Below are positions 46,690-47,957 of a DNA stretch of 47,957 nt, in pieces. The translations under genes and the position numbers were made by a program. The stretch is from positions 1-47,957 of the forward strand of contig JABMMN010000008.1 in the NCBI GenBank assembly GCA_013205535.1, given 5' to 3'. How positions within the stretch are numbered: position 1 is the stretch's first letter; every line of letters starts with the position of its first letter. A model generated the notes under the pieces. That model worked only from the letters and a program-made list of their open reading frames with translations. It was not told the origin of the DNA and did not search any database. The stretch is from Candidatus Planktophila sp. GTDB taxonomy: Bacteria > Actinomycetota > Actinomycetes > Nanopelagicales > Nanopelagicaceae.

Positions 46690-47142
46690 GTGGTGTTTTC
46701 ACTTCTCTGCGCCATGCTGATAACGGGCTGCTCGACATCTGCTGCTCCGAAGGCACAGGAGTCGAGCCCACAAAACGCCTTCACCTGTTCGAGCATGGAA
46801 ACAAGTGATGGCACGGCCTGGGTGAAGGGTCAGCTAGATGCCTTTAGTGGCTCAGATCCAGAGGCGGCCTATGCATTTGCATCGAGCTCATTTAAAGCCC
46901 GTAACAGTCTTGAACAGTTCATCGCTATCATCACCTCAAACTATGAGTTCCTTCTCAACCTTGACTCATACACAGTGGATGGGTGTTCAAAACAGGGCGA
47001 TTTCTATCTCTTTACCGTGAGCCTGAGCGATAGCAATGGCCAGGCCTACATCATGGAGTACACGCTCTCGCTGCTCGGCACGAGCTGGGGAGTAGATGCT
47101 GCATCTGTCATCTCTTCAGAGGGCGAACCCGCCTACTCTTAA
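46690..47142 (+). CDS. Lipoprotein, DUF4864-like
   Basis: Lipobox 'ITGC'; 'QLDAF...D...AYAFAS..F'. Start uncertain. Confidence 0.65.
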   Translation: MVFSLLCAMLITGCSTSAAPKAQESSPQNAFTCSSMETSDGTAWVKGQLDAFSGSDPEAAYAFASSSFKARNSLEQFIAIITSNYEFLLNLDSYTVDGCSKQGDFYLFTVSLSDSNGQAYIMEYTLSLLGTSWGVDAASVISSEGEPAYS

Positions 47143-47202
47143 ATACACTACCGATTACATCATCAAGGCGCAGATGTGCTCCTAGAGAGAGAGAGAGTTC
47201 AA

Positions 47203-47793
47203 GTGAAGCTGGATCGAAAATTTGGTATCGCGATACTTGGACTCTTGCTCTTTGGGATTGGATATATAAGTTTGTCTGGCGGTAAATCCTCAGATAGTGG
47301 CCATGACATGGGCTCGATGAGCCATGGCGCATCTAGTGATCAGATGAGCAGTAGTGATGCCATGTTTCTACAGATGATGATTCCTCATCACCAACAAGCG
47401 GTAGTCATGTCGCAGCTCGCTGTGAAAAACTCTTCCAATGCGCAGGTCATCGCCCTTGCTGAGAAAATTAGAGATGCACAGGGCCCTGAGATCGCCGCGA
47501 TGAAGAGCTGGCTCAAAGCGGCGGGTCTAGGTGAGGATCCTGGCCATTCAATGGGCTCAATGAAGGGGATGCTCACAGAGGATGATTTAGCCTCTTTGAA
47601 AAAAGCAACAGGCAAAGAGTTTGATAGGTTATTTCTGACTGGGATGATCGCCCATCACGATGGAGCCGTTGAAATGCTCTCAATGATAGAGAAGACAACC
47701 AATCCCGATATCAAGAGGTTAGGTAATGAGATACTCACCTCTCAAAGCGCAGAGATCGAAGTGATGAGCCAGATGCTCAAGGCGATCGGTTGA
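47203..47793 (+). CDS. DUF305 family (CopM-like, Met/His-rich) exported protein
   Basis: 'D.MFLQMMIPHHQQAV.MS', 'FL.GMIAHHDGAVEM', 'Q..EI..M' repeated; N-terminal TM. GTG 47203 preferred. Confidence 0.85.
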   Translation: MKLDRKFGIAILGLLLFGIGYISLSGGKSSDSGHDMGSMSHGASSDQMSSSDAMFLQMMIPHHQQAVVMSQLAVKNSSNAQVIALAEKIRDAQGPEIAAMKSWLKAAGLGEDPGHSMGSMKGMLTEDDLASLKKATGKEFDRLFLTGMIAHHDGAVEMLSMIEKTTNPDIKRLGNEILTSQSAEIEVMSQMLKAIG

Positions 47794-47796
47794 TTA

Positions 47797-47957
47797 GTGC
47801 TTGGCGGAATCAATAACGCGCTTTTCCTGCAGGCCTTCAGCGGCTTCTTTGCACTATCCATTCTCTTTCTTCTTCTGCGCTGGACATTTCCTCCCAAGAA
47901 AGATCCAGTAGCCAAGGCCCGCCGTAAGGAGCTCAAGAGCTCACTGCGCGCTCTGCG
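47797..47957 (+). CDS. Small membrane protein, 3'-truncated by the window edge (absent from the ORF track)
   Basis: GTG 47797 opens MLGGINNALFLQAFSGFFALSILFLLLRWTFPPKKDPVAKARRKELKSSLRAL... with no stop; 3 nt after the DUF305 stop. Confidence 0.6.
   Translation, partial: MLGGINNALFLQAFSGFFALSILFLLLRWTFPPKKDPVAKARRKELKSSLRAL

Noticed and set aside
47184-47197. (AG)7 tract as a phase-variation switch
   Set aside because: Short, and it lies upstream of the likely GTG 47203 start, where it can serve as a purine-rich RBS region.
352-47936. Numerous 60-190 aa ORFs antisense to or nested in recognised genes (e.g. 352-684, 3851-4168, 17672-18127, 35188-35763, 39678-40133, 47742-47936)
   Set aside because: They overlap well-supported CDSs almost entirely and show no family motifs; they are shadow ORFs.
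1-47957. Prophage, IS element, att-site duplication of the tRNA end, or CRISPR array
   Set aside because: No integrase, transposase, phage or cas genes, no regularly spaced repeats, and no second copy of the tRNA 3' end was seen.

Overview
Gene-dense (~45 CDS) chromosomal region, most likely from a streamlined freshwater actinobacterium (acI/Nanopelagicales-like). This is inferred from the mycoredoxin, the actinobacterial-type heliorhodopsin, very short intergenic gaps and frequent leaderless promoters. The window opens on the 3' end of a tRNA and a decayed N-acetylglucosamine locus. The centre (3.5-30.5 kb) is a ~27 kb methylated-amine/C1 cluster. It encodes a betaine-type ABC transporter, BetA and BetB, a pyrrolysine-free MttB-family methyltransferase, a stand-alone corrinoid protein, a pterin-binding methyltransferase and a stand-alone homocysteine methyltransferase (together a split methionine synthase). 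It also encodes a RamA/RACo-type corrinoid activator, DUF1638, a MetV-like/MetF pair, Fhs, a dimethylglycine dehydrogenase-like enzyme with ETF, two regulators with visible operator palindromes and a copper amine oxidase. This resembles the corrinoid methyl-transfer modules of anaerobes and some marine Alphaproteobacteria, here in a probable aerobic actinobacterium. The right part holds a UbiA-esterase fusion, a secreted PHM/DBH-like copper monooxygenase, a heliorhodopsin, a phytase-like protein, a cyanophycinase-like peptidase, NfeD/SPFH, redoxins and an ACAD10/11-like dehydrogenase+kinase cluster. No rRNA, CRISPR, integrase or transposase was recognised. Family calls come from motif recognition only; no database searches were run.
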